DNA of 64,000 bases from Antedon mediterranea (GCF_964355755.1 NC_092671.1:15562001-15626000); one strand, 5' to 3'; positions 1-19,660 are shown, numbered from the stretch's first letter. Translations and numbers: made by a program. The notes: generated from the letters alone by a model not told the origin.

Positions 1-149
1 ATATAGTAAATTTCATGACATAATATATGTTTTCCAAAAACTGTACATATATTTTTATAACAATTTCAATTTTTTGTTTTACTATTTTAAAAGGTACCGT
101 TATCACTTTTCACTTTAATACTTAACAAAATCCATATACTCTATTTCAG

Positions 150-2439
150 TTGTGAAATACCATGCATGTCTGGGTCATATGGATTGAACTGTGACCTTAC
201 ATGCAAATGTTTGAATGGAGCAGTTTGTGACAATGTTGATGGTACTTGTGACTGTGCCCCAGGTATGTGCTCTCAAAATGTTGGTGAAATTTTACTGGAA
301 AGAAAACGTATTTTTTATTTACAATGGTAAATCACACTCATGGTTTACCAACTGATCTAAAGTTCTGTCTACACTATCAAACAAAAAGTGTGATGTGTCC
401 AAATATGGTAGTGATATGCCCAAATATGGTAATGATATGATATCATCATGTCCATGTGTAAATCACATTTTTTTGTCACATAAAGTTTGATAGTGTAGAC
501 AGAGCTTAAAGTTAATAAATAAACTTGTTTACTTTGTTGGCAGGGTGGGATGGTATCCTGTGTGAGAAGCCTTGTACATCAGGTTTCTTTGGCAAGGGTT
601 GTAATATGTCTTGCAATTGTGATAATGGTGCACCATGTGATCCTGTCAGAGGAACTTGTATATGCCCTGCAGGCTTTACAGGTGAAAAATGTGAGATGCC
701 CTGTCAGGTACAGTATACATGATTTCTACTATAATGTTAATTCTTCGTCTATGTTGTTCCTAAAAAAGTAACACTACTACAAAATACTTATAATTTAGGC
801 AAGTATACCTCGCTGATTAGATGTTTGTATATAAAAAATATTTGACAAATTTACAGTATTTACAATTTAATGTACACTCAATTATAGGCATCTATGTTTG
901 GAATTGACTGTCAAAATAATTGCAGTTACTGTGGGTTAAATTCAAATGGATGTGACAATGTGATTGGTCAATGTATCTGTCTCCCTGGTTACACAGGTAA
1001 GTCCCAATTACATCATTGTTATTTCCATTTGTTTATTTTGTACACTATATAAATCTTTCTTATTCTTATCAACTATACTTGTTTTCAACAGGTGTCAATT
1101 GTAATAGCACTTGTCCTGATGGTTTCTGGGGACCAAACTGCAAACGGACATGTAGTTGTAAAAACAAAGGATCATGTGATCAATTTGATGGTTCGTGTAT
1201 CTGTCCTCCAGGATTTTCCGAAAAACATTGTGAAAACTGTATGTTGGTGTTTTTTTAAAATTAGTATGTTTATAATTAAATTCCTTTGAATATTAAAAAA
1301 AAACAAATAATAAAGTAAATTATGTAAAAGTAAAGTAAAGTAAAACTTTGTTCATTTCTGACTGTAGAAAACTAGGTTTTGCAATTTACGATATACATAT
1401 TAAAATATGATAACATTTTAAAAATATAAATAAATATCATACATATAAAAATTACTTTACGAGATATTGCAGAGATATTTTTGTAATTCTTATATATGAA
1501 GTTTTGTATTGTATTTGTTAGTGTGCAAGGATGGATTCTATGGTTTTGAGTGTGATTATGCTTGCCCTGATTGCCCAACTGGAACTTGTCACTCACGAAA
1601 CGCCAGCTGTGTCTGCCCGTCGGGATTTACAGGTCCAAAATGCTCACAAAGTAAGCAACAAATCTTCCTTTTGCATTAAGTTATATCAAGAAGTATTTAG
1701 TGTAAAGCAGTTGTAATAATAAATCATACAATTCATTTGAAAAATTTTGTAACAAAATATTTAAGTTCTGCATGGGAGAAACATACTTAAAGTATCCCAA
1801 TGATCGATTTATAGTATTGTATTGTTACTTATAAATAGTTTTGAGTTTAATTACAGTTTAGTTATTCATGTCTTTTTATTTTTCAATATGTTCTGTTTTG
1901 TTTCTTGGACCGCACCGCATATATTGTGAGTGCCACCGATTCAAAGGTGCATGGTCAACAAACAAATAAATAAATAAATAAACTGGAAAAAATGTTGATT
2001 TCTTATAATATTATTGCTCTAATAGTAAGTACAATATTCTGAAAAATATTGTGTATAACAGATATTTCATATAAATATTTACAGAAAATTTATATGGAAA
2101 ACAGTGATGAGAGCCAAGTGAAATAATTTAAATCCAACATAAAGTAGACAGCCAGAGAACGATGACAGGCAATTAGAAAATACTCCATATTCTATGTTGG
2201 AGCTAAATATTTCTTTGCTATTCATATTTACATTCTCACTTGTGTAGGTTGTGATAATTATATGTATGGACACAATTGTGAAGATGTATGTCAGTGCCTG
2301 AACCGTGCAGACTGCAATTCTGTTAATGGTGAATGTCTGTGTCAACCAGGATTCCAAGGTCACTACTGTGAAAACCGTAAGTCACTATCTTATCTAAAAT
2401 ATATGAAATAATTTCAAGTCTGTTCACATAAAGATTTAG

Positions 2440-2470
<31 letters not shown>

Positions 2471-5400
2471 TAATTTGAATTTATGAATTTCTTTTGTACA
2501 AACTAATCAGAATAAAAGAAACAACAGTTTTTAATTCATTTGGTACTACAAACCACATTTAATTGACAAAGGTATAAAATGAGGTTTGTTCACATAATGG
2601 TTTAGAAGAAATCTGTGTTAATTTGAATTTAGACATTTATTTTTAACAAAGCAATCAGAATAAAAAAAGTAAAAGCCAGATGATTTTTTTTACATTTAAT
2701 TGACAAAGTATGAAATGAGGTCAATTCTGTTGACATACTAAAGATTTTTAGAGAAAATCTGTGTTGATTTGAATTCAGAAATGTCTTTTTAACAAAGTAA
2801 TCAGAATTAAAACTACCCAGATGAACATTTTTACATTTACAATCAAGAAATATGGATCTTTATATATTTTCATATCACACAAGTAAAATATCTTTGCAGT
2901 ATTATCAAATATCATTAAATATTATTATTATTATTATTATTATTAAATATTATGTTTATGTTCTCGTTTTGATAGCATGTGACCAAGGTTTCTATGGGTT
3001 TGGCTGTGAATCAGAGTGTAAATGCCAAAATTCTATGTCATGTGATCCTTACGATGGAGAGTGTGTATGTAAGCCAGGCTGGCATGGTGTCTTTTGTTCA
3101 GAACGTAAGTATGCCGCCTATTTTTAGAATACATAGTATATTGATGTTTGTGCAGCAGTATTGTGACAGAAACACTGAATACTGAAATCCTTTATTTGTC
3201 CTATATCATAATAAAATAACAATAGAAATTAATTTTAAAGATTGGCAAATATTAGTACTAATCAGTATAATTACTGTAGTACAGATAAATATAAAATATT
3301 TAAACAAATTAATATATAGAATACACACACATATTACACAAAAATTAATTTTTAAAATGCGGTTACAATTTAAAAGATAAAATAATAAATAAGATGAAAT
3401 ACAAATATAAAATAAAACATTCGTAATTTATTTCAGATTGTCCAGATGGAAAGTTTGGCAAGAACTGTTCTGAAGATTGTAAATGTGGGAACGGAGCGGA
3501 CTGCGAGGCTGACACTGGGAAGTGTACATGTCAACCTGGTTGGAGTGGACTATTGTGTAATATACGTACGTATTCTTTATTGTCAGCATTATACCTAGAA
3601 TTAATTATTATAGTATTGCTCAATAATTTCAATTTTAAGATTTGTAACTTTTTTATCTAGTGGTACACGGACAATGTTTTAGGTAACCAGAAGTAGTCAA
3701 GAATAAAAGAAAACTAATTGTTTATTCTCAAACTTTTATTACTTTTAATAGGAGCTGCTTTTTCTGGTTTTGGTTTCAATGATGCCCATTAGTTAAAAAT
3801 ATAATTTCTGAGGTCATGTCCATATTCCCTAGCTTTTTTTTTTTACACCTTATACATTTATAAAACAAACTGTTTATATTTATGTCTTGCAGCATGTGAG
3901 GCAGGGTCGTTTGGAGTAAATTGCAAAGACAAATGCCAATGTGAAAATGATAAATTTACATGTGATCGTATATATGGATGTGTATGTCCTGATGAATATA
4001 AGGAAGGTTGTGTATCAAGTAAGTATTCCTGCATGGTTTTATAAAATGGTATTTTGAACTTTATCTTGTAATGCAATGACCTGATTGTCTGAATTGCTGA
4101 TTGCTTTTATGAATATAAATATGATAAGTTAGCTTAGTTTAATCATAGCTCTTAAAGTAATCCAGAAATCTTTCACAGCAAATTTCTTACTTAAACAACT
4201 CGGCTTTGTTAATCATATTTTTGTTTTATTACAGAAATCCAAGCAAATGCTGATAGATTGCTAGATGGAATTGACGGCGAAGAAGAGGGATCAAACTACA
4301 TTCTGCCTCTTGTCATATCTTTTCTTCTTATCATTCTTCTCATAGCTATTATCCTATTCCTGATACTAAGACGTCGAAGGAAAGAAAAAAGTCATTTACC
4401 AGCCGTATCGTAAGTAATTGATTATTCATCATTCAATTGTTTCTGTTAGTCTTAGTTAGAAGAATACTGTATGTATGTTTATTATAGCATGAGCAATAAA
4501 GCATCCAAATATAAAATAATTTTTGCAATTTAATATTTTAGTTTGATAGCAGATTATTCTTTATTGCATTATGCATCAATTTGTTTATTACATTTCAAAT
4601 TTATTTTCAAACATATTTCTTTGTCTTTTAAATTTAAAGACTCTTCAAATTTTGAACATAAATCCTTCAAAAGTTGAATTTTCAGAACGTTGATAAGAAT
4701 TTAGCAATAAAAATTTTCACATCAACAGATATTCAGCATCAACTAATAATAGCAGCGGACGCTCGTATATGCAAGTACCACCTAGTGACGATTACAGGTT
4801 TGACATTCTTGCCAATAGCGTTTTATCATTTCGACTCTGTTTTCATCCACGCTTCTGTCTCATAATTATTGACATAGTACAGTCACTTTATTACATTTTC
4901 ACATACATAGCCATGTTATTGATAATTTTGTCAATGTTTAATTAGATAATGAGGATGATTTATATATTGTGTATGCTGGTAGATTTTATTTGTTGAATTT
5001 TTTGTGTTTTCTGCATGCATTATGCACTTATGCACTATACGACCCAGTGAGTGGGGTGCGTCATTTGTCCGATGTGCGTCATACGATATGAATATAATGA
5101 CGCACCCCTGCGTCAAAAAAGTGACTTACCTTTAGATAACCATGACGAGCCCGTTTTGAAGGACATTGACACACCATTGTTTATTGATTATTATGATATG
5201 ACCATTTAGATTTTTTGACACACTATGAATCAATAATTATTTATAAATGATGCACCCATGACGTGCCTGTCCCGGAGGTTGTATACTGGGCCATACAATT
5301 GACAAGTGCATTACCATATTAACAGCAGGCAATCCTGTATAAACAATTTATTATTCACATAGATGCACATACATGCACTGTAATTTAGTATACTTATATA

Positions 5401-7153
5401 ACTGTGGCTCTTTGCTTTTGCCTCTGATACAATTGTTTTATTCTTTATTTTCAAGCAGTTAAGGCACTACAACCTAGCCATCAAATCGACACATGTCTTT
5501 CTTAAGTTCTGTCTACACTATCACATTTTATGTGACAAAAATGGTGATGTGCCCATATATGGACATGATGATGTCATATATTGTATTATATTTGGGCATA
5601 TCACTACCAAATTTGGACACATTATACTTTTTTGGTCAAACTAGTTTGATAGTGTCGACAGAGCTTTAGTTCTGAGGGTAGAGTAACAACCCCTGTCATT
5701 AAAGACAGATGAGAAAGAGCGCTGTTTAGTGGTGAAGGGATCCTTACAGTAGGGAGACGGAAGTTTCTGTCTGTGTTGTCCATTATTCAAGCAAAAACAA
5801 CATTTAATAGTAATCTTAATTTTCCACCATGTTTCAGCATTTAAGTGTGACCATATTGCTTACTTTTTTAGTTTTAGAGGGAACGCAACCACGAATCATT
5901 ATTTTGATTGCCCGATGGAGTTCAACCCATGTACGGTGCCTGTGGGTGGTGCTAGGGGTGCAATACAGTTGCAAAATAATGACCTCTTTGATGAGCCCTT
6001 GAAGAAAGGTGCTGGATCCAAGAATGTGGATCTCATGGGTGCTTGTGGTGGCAAAGAAGACCCTATTAATACTAAAAGTAAGTTTAAGTTTTAAGTTAAT
6101 TTTTTCTCTGGTATATTCAACCAATGATAACATTTTTTTGAAAAGTAATTACCATAATATATCCTCTAGTATAATCACACCCCCATAAAAGGGGAGACTT
6201 TGGGAAGTGGAACTCGGGGCAACCCTGGTTCAGGGAAAAAATGTTTGTTATGCATCTGGACTTACTAGAGAGAGGCCTATACTAAGACTATACCTTGGGA
6301 TATGCGTGTTTGTGAAAAACATAAAGTATGGGGTGGGATTGTACCTGAGGTGGGATTATACCCGAGGATACAGTATATGGTAAATAATTTGAAATAAAAT
6401 AAATAAAAGGTGTTGGTGAATTGAATTGATTGGTTCAGTTTTAACCATATTTTTTGTATTTACAGATGCTGAAGCAGATCAGTATAATCCATATAGATCA
6501 ACACCGCCCCCAATCCCACCTCATGCTAACGTTAATTGTTACAATGGTTCTAATATTGACAAAGTTCCAGCTGAGAAAAGTAATTGTAAGTATAAGTATA
6601 TTTAACTTTACACTATTAGACAATATTATTAAATAAACTTTATTTATTCACAAGACTTAGGCCTATATTAATAAAACATTATGAATTCAGAACACATGCA
6701 ATTATTAAGTAAACAAAATACTATAATTCTCTTCCACATTTCTTCATAAACTTTTCACAGCTGATTATTTACTTGTTATAAACATAATGATAGATTGGAC
6801 CCTAATACAATATTATACTACAACTATAAAAATATATTCAAATTGCATTTTTATTTCTTAGTGTTTGCAGAGAGGTCTCGAGAACATGGGGCTGTTGAGG
6901 GTGCTAGTCAATCACAGAAACCTCAAAATTTCTATGGCAACCCACCACGACAATCTGAAATTGCTCCAGGTGTGTATTGCAACATCCGTTTGTTAGTAGT
7001 TACAGTTGTAGTAAATGAAAACTATATTCTTTTCATATCATTTCTTTTTCAGCTACCACATATGAAGTTCCAAGGCAACAGCCTGTGTATGCAGAAATTC
7101 CAGAAGCTTATGAGAATGTGTCACTTGGAGGTTACAGCTATCCACCATTTTGA
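150..7153 (+). CDS. MEGF10/MEGF11/PEAR1 (Draper/CED-1)-like multiple-EGF-repeat type I receptor, 3' portion (5' end lies outside the window)
   Basis: GT-AG exons in continuous frame: 150-262, 544-707, 888-996, 1092-1238, 1522-1650, 2248-2376, 2976-3104, 3437-3565, 3893-4018 (EGF-laminin repeats such as [34 protein letters not shown]), 4235-4409 ([26 protein letters not shown], then [14 protein letters not shown]), 4729-4797, 5878-6077, 6466-6585, 6862-6969, 7053-7153 (ends [30 protein letters not shown]-stop). The juxtamembrane PAVSY...GNATTNHYF resembles the MEGF10 tail. Confidence 0.85.
361..506. mobile_element. MITE family A (PIF/Harbinger-like), copy 1
   Basis: TIR AG(C/T)TCTGTCTACACTATCAAAC...GTTTGATAGTGTAGACAGAGCT with TAA on both sides (TWA TSD); internal GATGTGCCCATATATGG-like motifs. 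Confidence 0.8.
2439..2466. repeat. (TA)n microsatellite
   Basis: Uninterrupted TA run. Confidence 0.9.
2466..2840. repeat. Degenerate intronic tandem repeat, about 3 copies of ~147 bp
   Basis: TGTGTT(A/G)ATTTGAATT...AATCAGAAT...ACATTT recurs at ~2466, ~2614 and ~2760. Confidence 0.65.
5020..5313. mobile_element. Palindromic MITE-like element
   Basis: Imperfect ~30-bp TIR: TTATGCACTTATGCACTATACGACCCAGT versus ACTGGGCCATACAATTGACAAGTGCATTA; internal GGGGTGCGTCAT/ATGACGCACCCC inverted motifs. Confidence 0.6.
5504..5667. mobile_element. MITE family A, copy 2
   Basis: Same TIRs as 361-506, in the opposite internal orientation. Confidence 0.8.
6150..6382. mobile_element. MITE family B (Tc1/mariner-pogo-like, TA-flanked), short copy
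   Basis: Ends TACCAT...ATCCTCTAGTATAATC(A)CACCCCC and GGTGGGATTATACCCGAGGATA...ATGGTA; interior is similar to 29962-30221. Confidence 0.65.
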
Positions 7154-8921
7154 TGACCTTTGACTTTCAACCTCAAATTTAACCATCAAATCCACTTTCA
7201 ACATGAGCAGTACAATATCGGATAGAATTAATTAAGATCGTTCATTTGTAGAGAAAAGATATATTTTCAAGATAAAGATATATTTGAGGTTTATATATCA
7301 TAATTAAGTGATCATGTTAATAATAGATAAATTTATAAAGTACATATAAACTAGGTCTGTACGTATGTGCTCAACAACTGGAAAGAAAAGTGACTGAAGA
7401 ATGTAGAGAGCCACCAAGGTACCACCCTAACCAGTGTGGTAACCAAATATCTGTGTGTATGCCATTCCTGAAATCTCTTCATTGATCCAGTGCCAAAAGT
7501 CTTGAGATGTTTATAATTTAAGATAGTCAATGAAGGAGTGGTGTTAAAGCAACACCCAGAAATAATTGAGGTCAAAAGTTGTAGATCTCCGTACCCAAAT
7601 AGTTGCAAGACTAAAACAATGTATAGCTGATGCCAACACAGTCAATAGTGACTATGATGCCAGCCATATTTGTTTGGTAAGGCATCCTACATAATTGGTT
7701 GGCAAGAACTACACCATCTACATTCTTGTGAATTTGAAATTGCTGCAACCATATTTTATCATTTCAGGAATTTTTATCAAAAAGGTTCTGTGTAATTTAT
7801 ACATAATACTGTTAAATGTTTTGCGGTATTTTGTGTATCAATTCTGAAACTTTCGACAGGACCATGGTCATTTTTCCAAAAGACACAGACTATAATTTGA
7901 AGGCTTCTTGGGCCAGGTCAACTGATTTTCTCGGTTATGAAAATATTAGTTACGCGTTAAAACGTTTTTGTAAATCAGTGATTCTATCTCGATCAACAAA
8001 GCATGAGGCTATAATGATAGCGCTTTACAAGGTTTGAATCTGCAAAAACAATACAAGTGAAGTGAAAATAGCACACAAGTAAAAAGGTGCACAAAAAGAA
8101 AAGAAATCATAAAAAAACAATAGGACTTCGTCTTTCAATTCTTCAAGTTTACAATCTGCCACAATGTGCTAAACATTTATTTAGTAGTGTAAGTATATAA
8201 AAACAATGGTCATTTTGTAAAAACTTTGGACTTCAGTGCTGTGTGGATCGCAAGTAAATACTAGTGAGTTGAGGTGCAGTATCATCAATGGCAGTACAGC
8301 TCTTCATAGTAATGTGCAAGCTAGACTAGGTTCTAGCATGTAATAAAAAAATAAATATTTTGGCACATATGGCATTTCATACGCATACTATAATACTTAC
8401 AATTATGTATTTTGAGACAAAAATTGAAACGTCGACGAGACACTAATTACAGAATTGGGGCAAGTCTATGTGCAAGCATGCAAAGAAGAAGATTTGGAAC
8501 TTCATACTGTAGATAAGAATGCTAAACATTTAAATTTGTTTTAGTAATTGAAACTTTGTAGCTAACAATTTATAAAATCCATCTTTGAAAAAAGGAGATT
8601 CTTTTTAAAATTGCACAGCGTTGTGGATATTTATAGTTGAAATATAAAATAATTGTTATATGTAGAAAATAGTATAGTACAATATTAGTTGTCATGGTGA
8701 ATGAACATAACAGTTGACAAAAATAAACAAAATGTGAAAGCCATGAATAATGATATACGGTTTTCAAAATAAATGCTGTATTTATGTTAGAAAGTGCAGA
8801 AGTATTTAGATATATATTTATTGGAAAATATGAAGAAATATTTAATATATTTAATTAAATGTATGTCCTATTTCAGAATACTTCAAATTGGTTTTCCATT
8901 TGTAATAGTTTATGTATTAGA

Positions 8922-9163
8922 ATTTAGGCATGATCTATATAAGTATTATACATAAGGAACAGAAGTGCATCCGTTTTTAATATATATACTTTATTTACAA
9001 GTTTTTCCAGTTTAGGTATAATGTCTGCCTAAACCAAAATAGAAAATATTTAGGCATGATCTATACAAGTACACTTGTACATAAGAAACAGAAGTGCATC
9101 CGTTTTTAATATATACTTTATTTACAAGTTTTTCCAGTTTAGGTATAATGTCTGCCTGAACCA
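8922..9163. repeat. Tandem duplication, 2 copies of ~120 bp
   Basis: ATTTAGGCATGATCTATA...CAGAAGTGCATCCG...GTCTGCCT(A/G)AACCA occurs at 8922 and 9048. Confidence 0.85.
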
Positions 9164-10810
9164 GTTTAATCTGAAATTACTATAATATTTATATAACTAA
9201 AAGAAAGTGTGGTAATTTAATTTGTTCTTGCCAAATTTACAATCATAAACATCTTTTATTTAGTGCAATTTTTTAAAATCCTGCCAATACATAATAAAGT
9301 TATGTATTCTGAAAAGAGAGACAGTTGTACTTCTGACCTATGGGAATAAATTAGCATAAAGGTTGTTTTGTTTTAATTAAATGTGTTAAGCATTATATCA
9401 TTTATGAATCAATAATATTTATAGTAATATTAAATTTATATTTCACATGGGAATACAATGACATAAGTTGTATTACATTATCTTGCTATTAATTTCTATG
9501 ATTTAATTGATTGTTAAAAAACAGATATAGTTTAGTTACAAAGTTACATAATGCAAATATCATCAAAACACACATTATGTCAGTGAAAATAAATTATTTC
9601 AACTCTTATTATAAGATAGACAAAATCTACTAAAATGTTTTTTGTAAACGTCAAGTGCTTATTTTTTATAATATATGATTTAATGCAATTCAACATTTTT
9701 GTTTGTTTGTACACTCTTTCATATTTTGATTTCCCCACAAAAACATATTTAATGAATTGTTTATTCTATATAAAATTATTTTTATTTGATTAATGACCCT
9801 ATTTTTAAATAAAATACTGTAAATTTTTTTTATTGAATCTTTTTATAACCTATTGTTTTTATGTTTGATTAAATCAAATGATGGTTACAATGATCTGTTT
9901 TTAAGAATATATTTAAGGTCCTACTATTGTGTAAACTTGTTGTACAGAAATACCCCGTGTTGAATTTTGTTTGTAAAATATTTATTCTTGCCATTTTTAT
10001 GTAAATATGTAATAATTAAGTTTATTTAATATCTTTATTTAAAACATTTCAGTAGTTTAATAATGTCCTACTTTTTTTACGTCTGTTGTACGCTCTCTGG
10101 CAAATAAAATCACATCTCAATACGCCAATATTGTTTATATGCACGTAGCAGCATGGAGAGTGTCGCTAATTCTGTATGCAAAATCTGACATAAACCTGTT
10201 CTGATTGTTTTCTAACAGAAAATAGTTATTTATCCTCTATTCTCTGGACATTTTATTAAAATTCCAATGTTTATAGTGTCATCATTTTTTTTTATGTATA
10301 TTCAGTTTAGTATTTTTGTAAATGATAATGAGCAATATTTATGAACAAAATAAATACATATTGTCAATTTGTAGTCTGTGTGACTATTTTTATGTTTGTA
10401 GGATGAATATTTTTGTACAAACTTATTAATTCACCACATGTGTTTTCACATTGCAATGTGCATTTAAATATATATGGATAATATCCTTATTAATTTAGTG
10501 GGTCCACACAGTACAAATACCTGTCGCTATTCATTACAATGACTTGCTTTTCTTAATCTATAATTTCAAACCTGCTACTTGCATGTCTTTGTACATTCAG
10601 TTGGATATAATAATTCACATCTTGTTTAATGTGAGCATACAGTGTTATTGATTATTGTTTTTTCCCTAGTGTACATATAGGTGTCAATACAGCACTTGTT
10701 TATGCTAGAGCACTGCGCAGTTTGATTTGTATTAAAAATACAGGTAGTACCATTGTTGTATGATACATCGTAGTACGATTCTAGATGATGCCTTTAATAT
10801 TTGTAAAAAG

Positions 10811-11256
10811 ACATGGCGTGTCATACTTATCCTATACTTTAGTTACAAACAATACTTGGGACAAGTCTAGATGCATTGTTTTTTTTTTTAATGTGCATGA
10901 GATAATACATGAATAAGTTTCATACTACATGGCGTGTCATACTTATCCTATACTTTAGTTACAAACAAAACTGAAGTTGTTGCCACTTGTAAATGGATAC
11001 TAAAAACGTAGAAAGATACTTGGGGCAAGTCTAGATGCATTGTTTTTTTTTTTTTAATGTGCATGAGATAATACATGAATAAGTTTCATACTACATGGCG
11101 TGTCATACTTATCCTATACTTTAGTTACAAACAAAACTAAAGTTGTTGCCACTTGTAAATGGATACTAAAGACGTAGAAAGATACTTGGGGCAAGTGTAG
11201 ATGCATTGTTTCTTTTTTTAATGCACATGAGATAATACATGAATAATTCTCATACT
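10811..11256. repeat. Tandem repeat, 3 copies of a ~165-bp unit (first copy internally deleted)
   Basis: ACATGGCGTGTCATACTTATCCTATACTTTAGTTACAAAC starts at 10811, 10928 and 11093. Confidence 0.88.
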
Positions 11257-14200
11257 TGAAAATCCAGGTTAAGTTATAAAACATGCCTGGTGGGCATATA
11301 AAAGGTTTGGATTGTCGCTATCGAGTATGGTAAATTGGAAACGATAGCAAAATAATAAAAAACATCATTCTTGAAGCTACTTCAATTTATTTAACTGAAA
11401 CATGTAGACTGTTCAATCATGAAATTACAAATTCAATTATTGTTTACTAATATTTTCAAAGGTTTCTACATTGAATATAGGATGTATATATATATTTTTT
11501 ATTTTGGAATTCACAGTAATCATTTTTATAGCAAAACAATATTTTACTAATATCACCCTCTGTGTAATAATGGAATATATGTTACTACTATGAAACCCCC
11601 CCTTTATTAGTAGACTTTTCCATGTAATAAAAACATGGATAATTTGTTCACAACAAAAATATATATTTATTTATCATGACAATTGGAAAAAACAAATAAA
11701 ATGACAGTCCTCGAGACATAATTGAGAATTAACACTTGGAATAATAACTGTATTATCTATTATCATTTATGAACATCAGCATTTTAGACATCACTTAACA
11801 CGCATGTACATAAATTCATTCATCGGCTAGAATGTTAACTTCTAAACCGACTAGAAATTTTAAGTCTTTATTTTTACAAAACTTGTACAGTTTTAATGTA
11901 CAGTAAATAGTCTACAAAAATCAACAGAAATTGCTAATATAATCGTAACAACAAAAATGACAAAAAACAATAAATTAAAAATATTTTGGATTTCTCTATT
12001 AAATGTTCCGGGAATAATACTTTGCAATTGCCTCATACGTAACGGATGTTTTTGGAAATAATGCATACCGTACATTGTTCATTTACGTAACTTAGAATAA
12101 AACAATTTAGCACTACAAATACAAATATCTACAATTGATTTTTAACAGAATTGACATGACAAGCCATTTATGTTGGTAGTGAACATTAGGGTATGCAAAC
12201 CTATCTATCTACCTATCAAAAATGTTATTGCAAAAATTATTTTTAGGACACAAAAATAACTTGGTTTTAAAGTAGGTATTTAAGAAATGCGTACTGCTAT
12301 TTTATATTTCATCATAGACTATGTAGTAAGCCTAGATTGAAAATTGTCAATAGTATTAACCATGTTAAATTGCAAATGTTTGTTGCACCTTTTCGTTCAC
12401 ATCAATCTATGTTGTCGGTCTTTGGTCCATAAAATATAACTGTACCACAAATTTTAAACTACCTGTACTGAATAATCTAACAGTTTGGTTGTTCTTCTAA
12501 TGACATAAATATCGGAATGAGAAATGGGACCAAATGTTTGTAAAAGAAAATACTATACTCAAGTACAGTAAACAACAGACATCCAGCCAGATACTGGAAA
12601 TGGGTCAACTATGGGAAGGGGGTGGGGTTTAGATGCAACTAGAGGACCAAAAATGTAGTTGGTTAGCCTTCTTTTAAACCAAAAACACTGCATTTCTGAC
12701 AAAGCAAGAAGCCTTATGACTGATAAATACTGATCGAGTTGCAATGTATGTATGGTAATGACAATTTAAGATGTAAAATTCATAATAAGGGCTTACAATG
12801 TAATGAGTTTAAAATTCACTTTACATGGTTTATCCATTTATTTACACTGGACTGTGATTTTACAAAACTACCTTCAGTGGATTTGGGAACAAATAAAAAG
12901 TGAAACAAATAACAGAATTTGTATACAATATTTATCAGTATTATTATTCAGGATTTGTTTTTAAAATCAAGTAGCAGTATTTATTGCATTTAATTAACAT
13001 ACAATATTAATTAATTAGTGAAGAAAGCTCTATAATACACCAAATGCCTGATGATCCACAATCAAAAAATACTAAATGAAAAACAAAAATCATTTTTTAT
13101 ATACTCAAGGCTAGAATAGTAGAATTATACAAATTAAATAAAAATAGTGTATTAGGTGGTTATACTGTGTTTTGTGGCTGTTGTTGTTCTCATTAAACTA
13201 TTATATGCCAGCAAATTTACAAGCACTGGGTATTGCTTTACAGGAGTGTGTATATTTGTCAAGCTAGATACTAAGATACCAAGGCTAAGTCAATGCTTTG
13301 TAATATTTTATTCTGGGGCTTGTTTTAACAGCTAGCATGTTTTTCTGCAGAAACAGAAAACTGTTTTTGAAATGCATATTTCAACACAATCATTGTAAGG
13401 TTGACATTCAAGTACTGCAACACATACGCAATTAACTGTGTGTTAGCAATAACCTGTCATGTCAATGATCCAAACAATCTTGTTTGTACATTTACTATGC
13501 AAATTGCAAACAGTAACATACTTTATGTGTACTTATGTTTTCTTTAGCCACTACATAGACAAATATCGTAATATAAGCGGCAAAGGGAAGAATTACATAC
13601 ATTCAGGTTTAACACCCAGAATCTTGTACCAAACATCTAGTATATCAGTCTAATTAAACACCACTTTCAAATTTCAGTATTTCACTAGTTTATGTCTGCA
13701 AGGAAAAAACATATTATTGGTGTAATTTTTAAACAGAGAGTTACAGTAAATGTTTGTTGTGCATCAAAATCTGTTTTTAACTTGAAACATTCAACACAAG
13801 TAAAAAAAAACAATAACTAATATATACTGATAATTATACAATATTATTGTGCAATGATTAACAACCAAAAATTATATAAAAATAAAAAAAACAAAAAAAT
13901 AATGGACAGGCCGATAAATATCGTGGACCAATTCCATAACCATCAGTTGAAGGTTCCATTAATTATCCCATTTTCTTTCCTAAATTTATTGTTCCATTTT
14001 CATTGAATCCTGTAGGTGTAAGGTGCTTGTGTGGGTTCTGCTGGCTGCGAAACACAACGGTGATAACGCCAACAGTTTGGCACGCAATATTCATCCACTT
14101 CAGTACCACATCCATTTACTATATACAAATTTATCTGGATCTGGTAACTCCTTATACAAACGCAACTCGCGTCATTATTTGTAGCGATATTAATCTGCTA

Positions 14201-14292
14201 CAATTAATAGTTGATGTGATCATAGATGTTTTTGTTTCCACAATGCAATAGGATTCTATTATTGACAGATTCAAGAATATAATTGATTAAGC

Positions 14293-19330
<5,038 letters not shown>

Positions 19331-19378
19331 CTTTTTAGCGACTACACTGTAAGCTTCCAACAACTCCTTTCACCTACA

Positions 19379-19660
19379 ACTTCCGGATTCAAAAACCCGT
19401 TAGTTTCACAGATCAACAATGGTAGGTGAATATACCGGAGGAAAAATAGTCAAATATTTTATTGCAATAATACTTTTATAAAATATATGCTCTATAAATG
19501 TAGCTGTTCAAACGTCGATGCCTAAGATTTTGTGTGATATTTTGTATGATTCATTCACTTGAATTTTAGATGACGTTCACATCGACGACAGCAGATATGG
19601 CGGAGTTCAATTTCTAAACGCCCCTTTTTCTAGTTCACTGCGCATGCAGTGACGTAATCT
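19379..19660 (-). promoter_or_regulatory. Putative Rab11 housekeeping promoter
   Basis: CpG-rich segment just upstream of the Rab11 ATG. It contains ETS CCGGAAGT (19379-19386, - strand), YY1-like ATGGCGG (19597-19603), NRF1-like TGCGCATGCA inside the palindrome TCACTGC-GCAT-GCAGTGA (19635-19652) and an overlapping CRE-like TGACGTAA. Motif matches only. Confidence 0.5.

Noticed and set aside
7351-8037. GC-richer segment with short ORFs after the MEGF stop
   Set aside because: No domain motifs or convincing splice sites; most simply 3' UTR.
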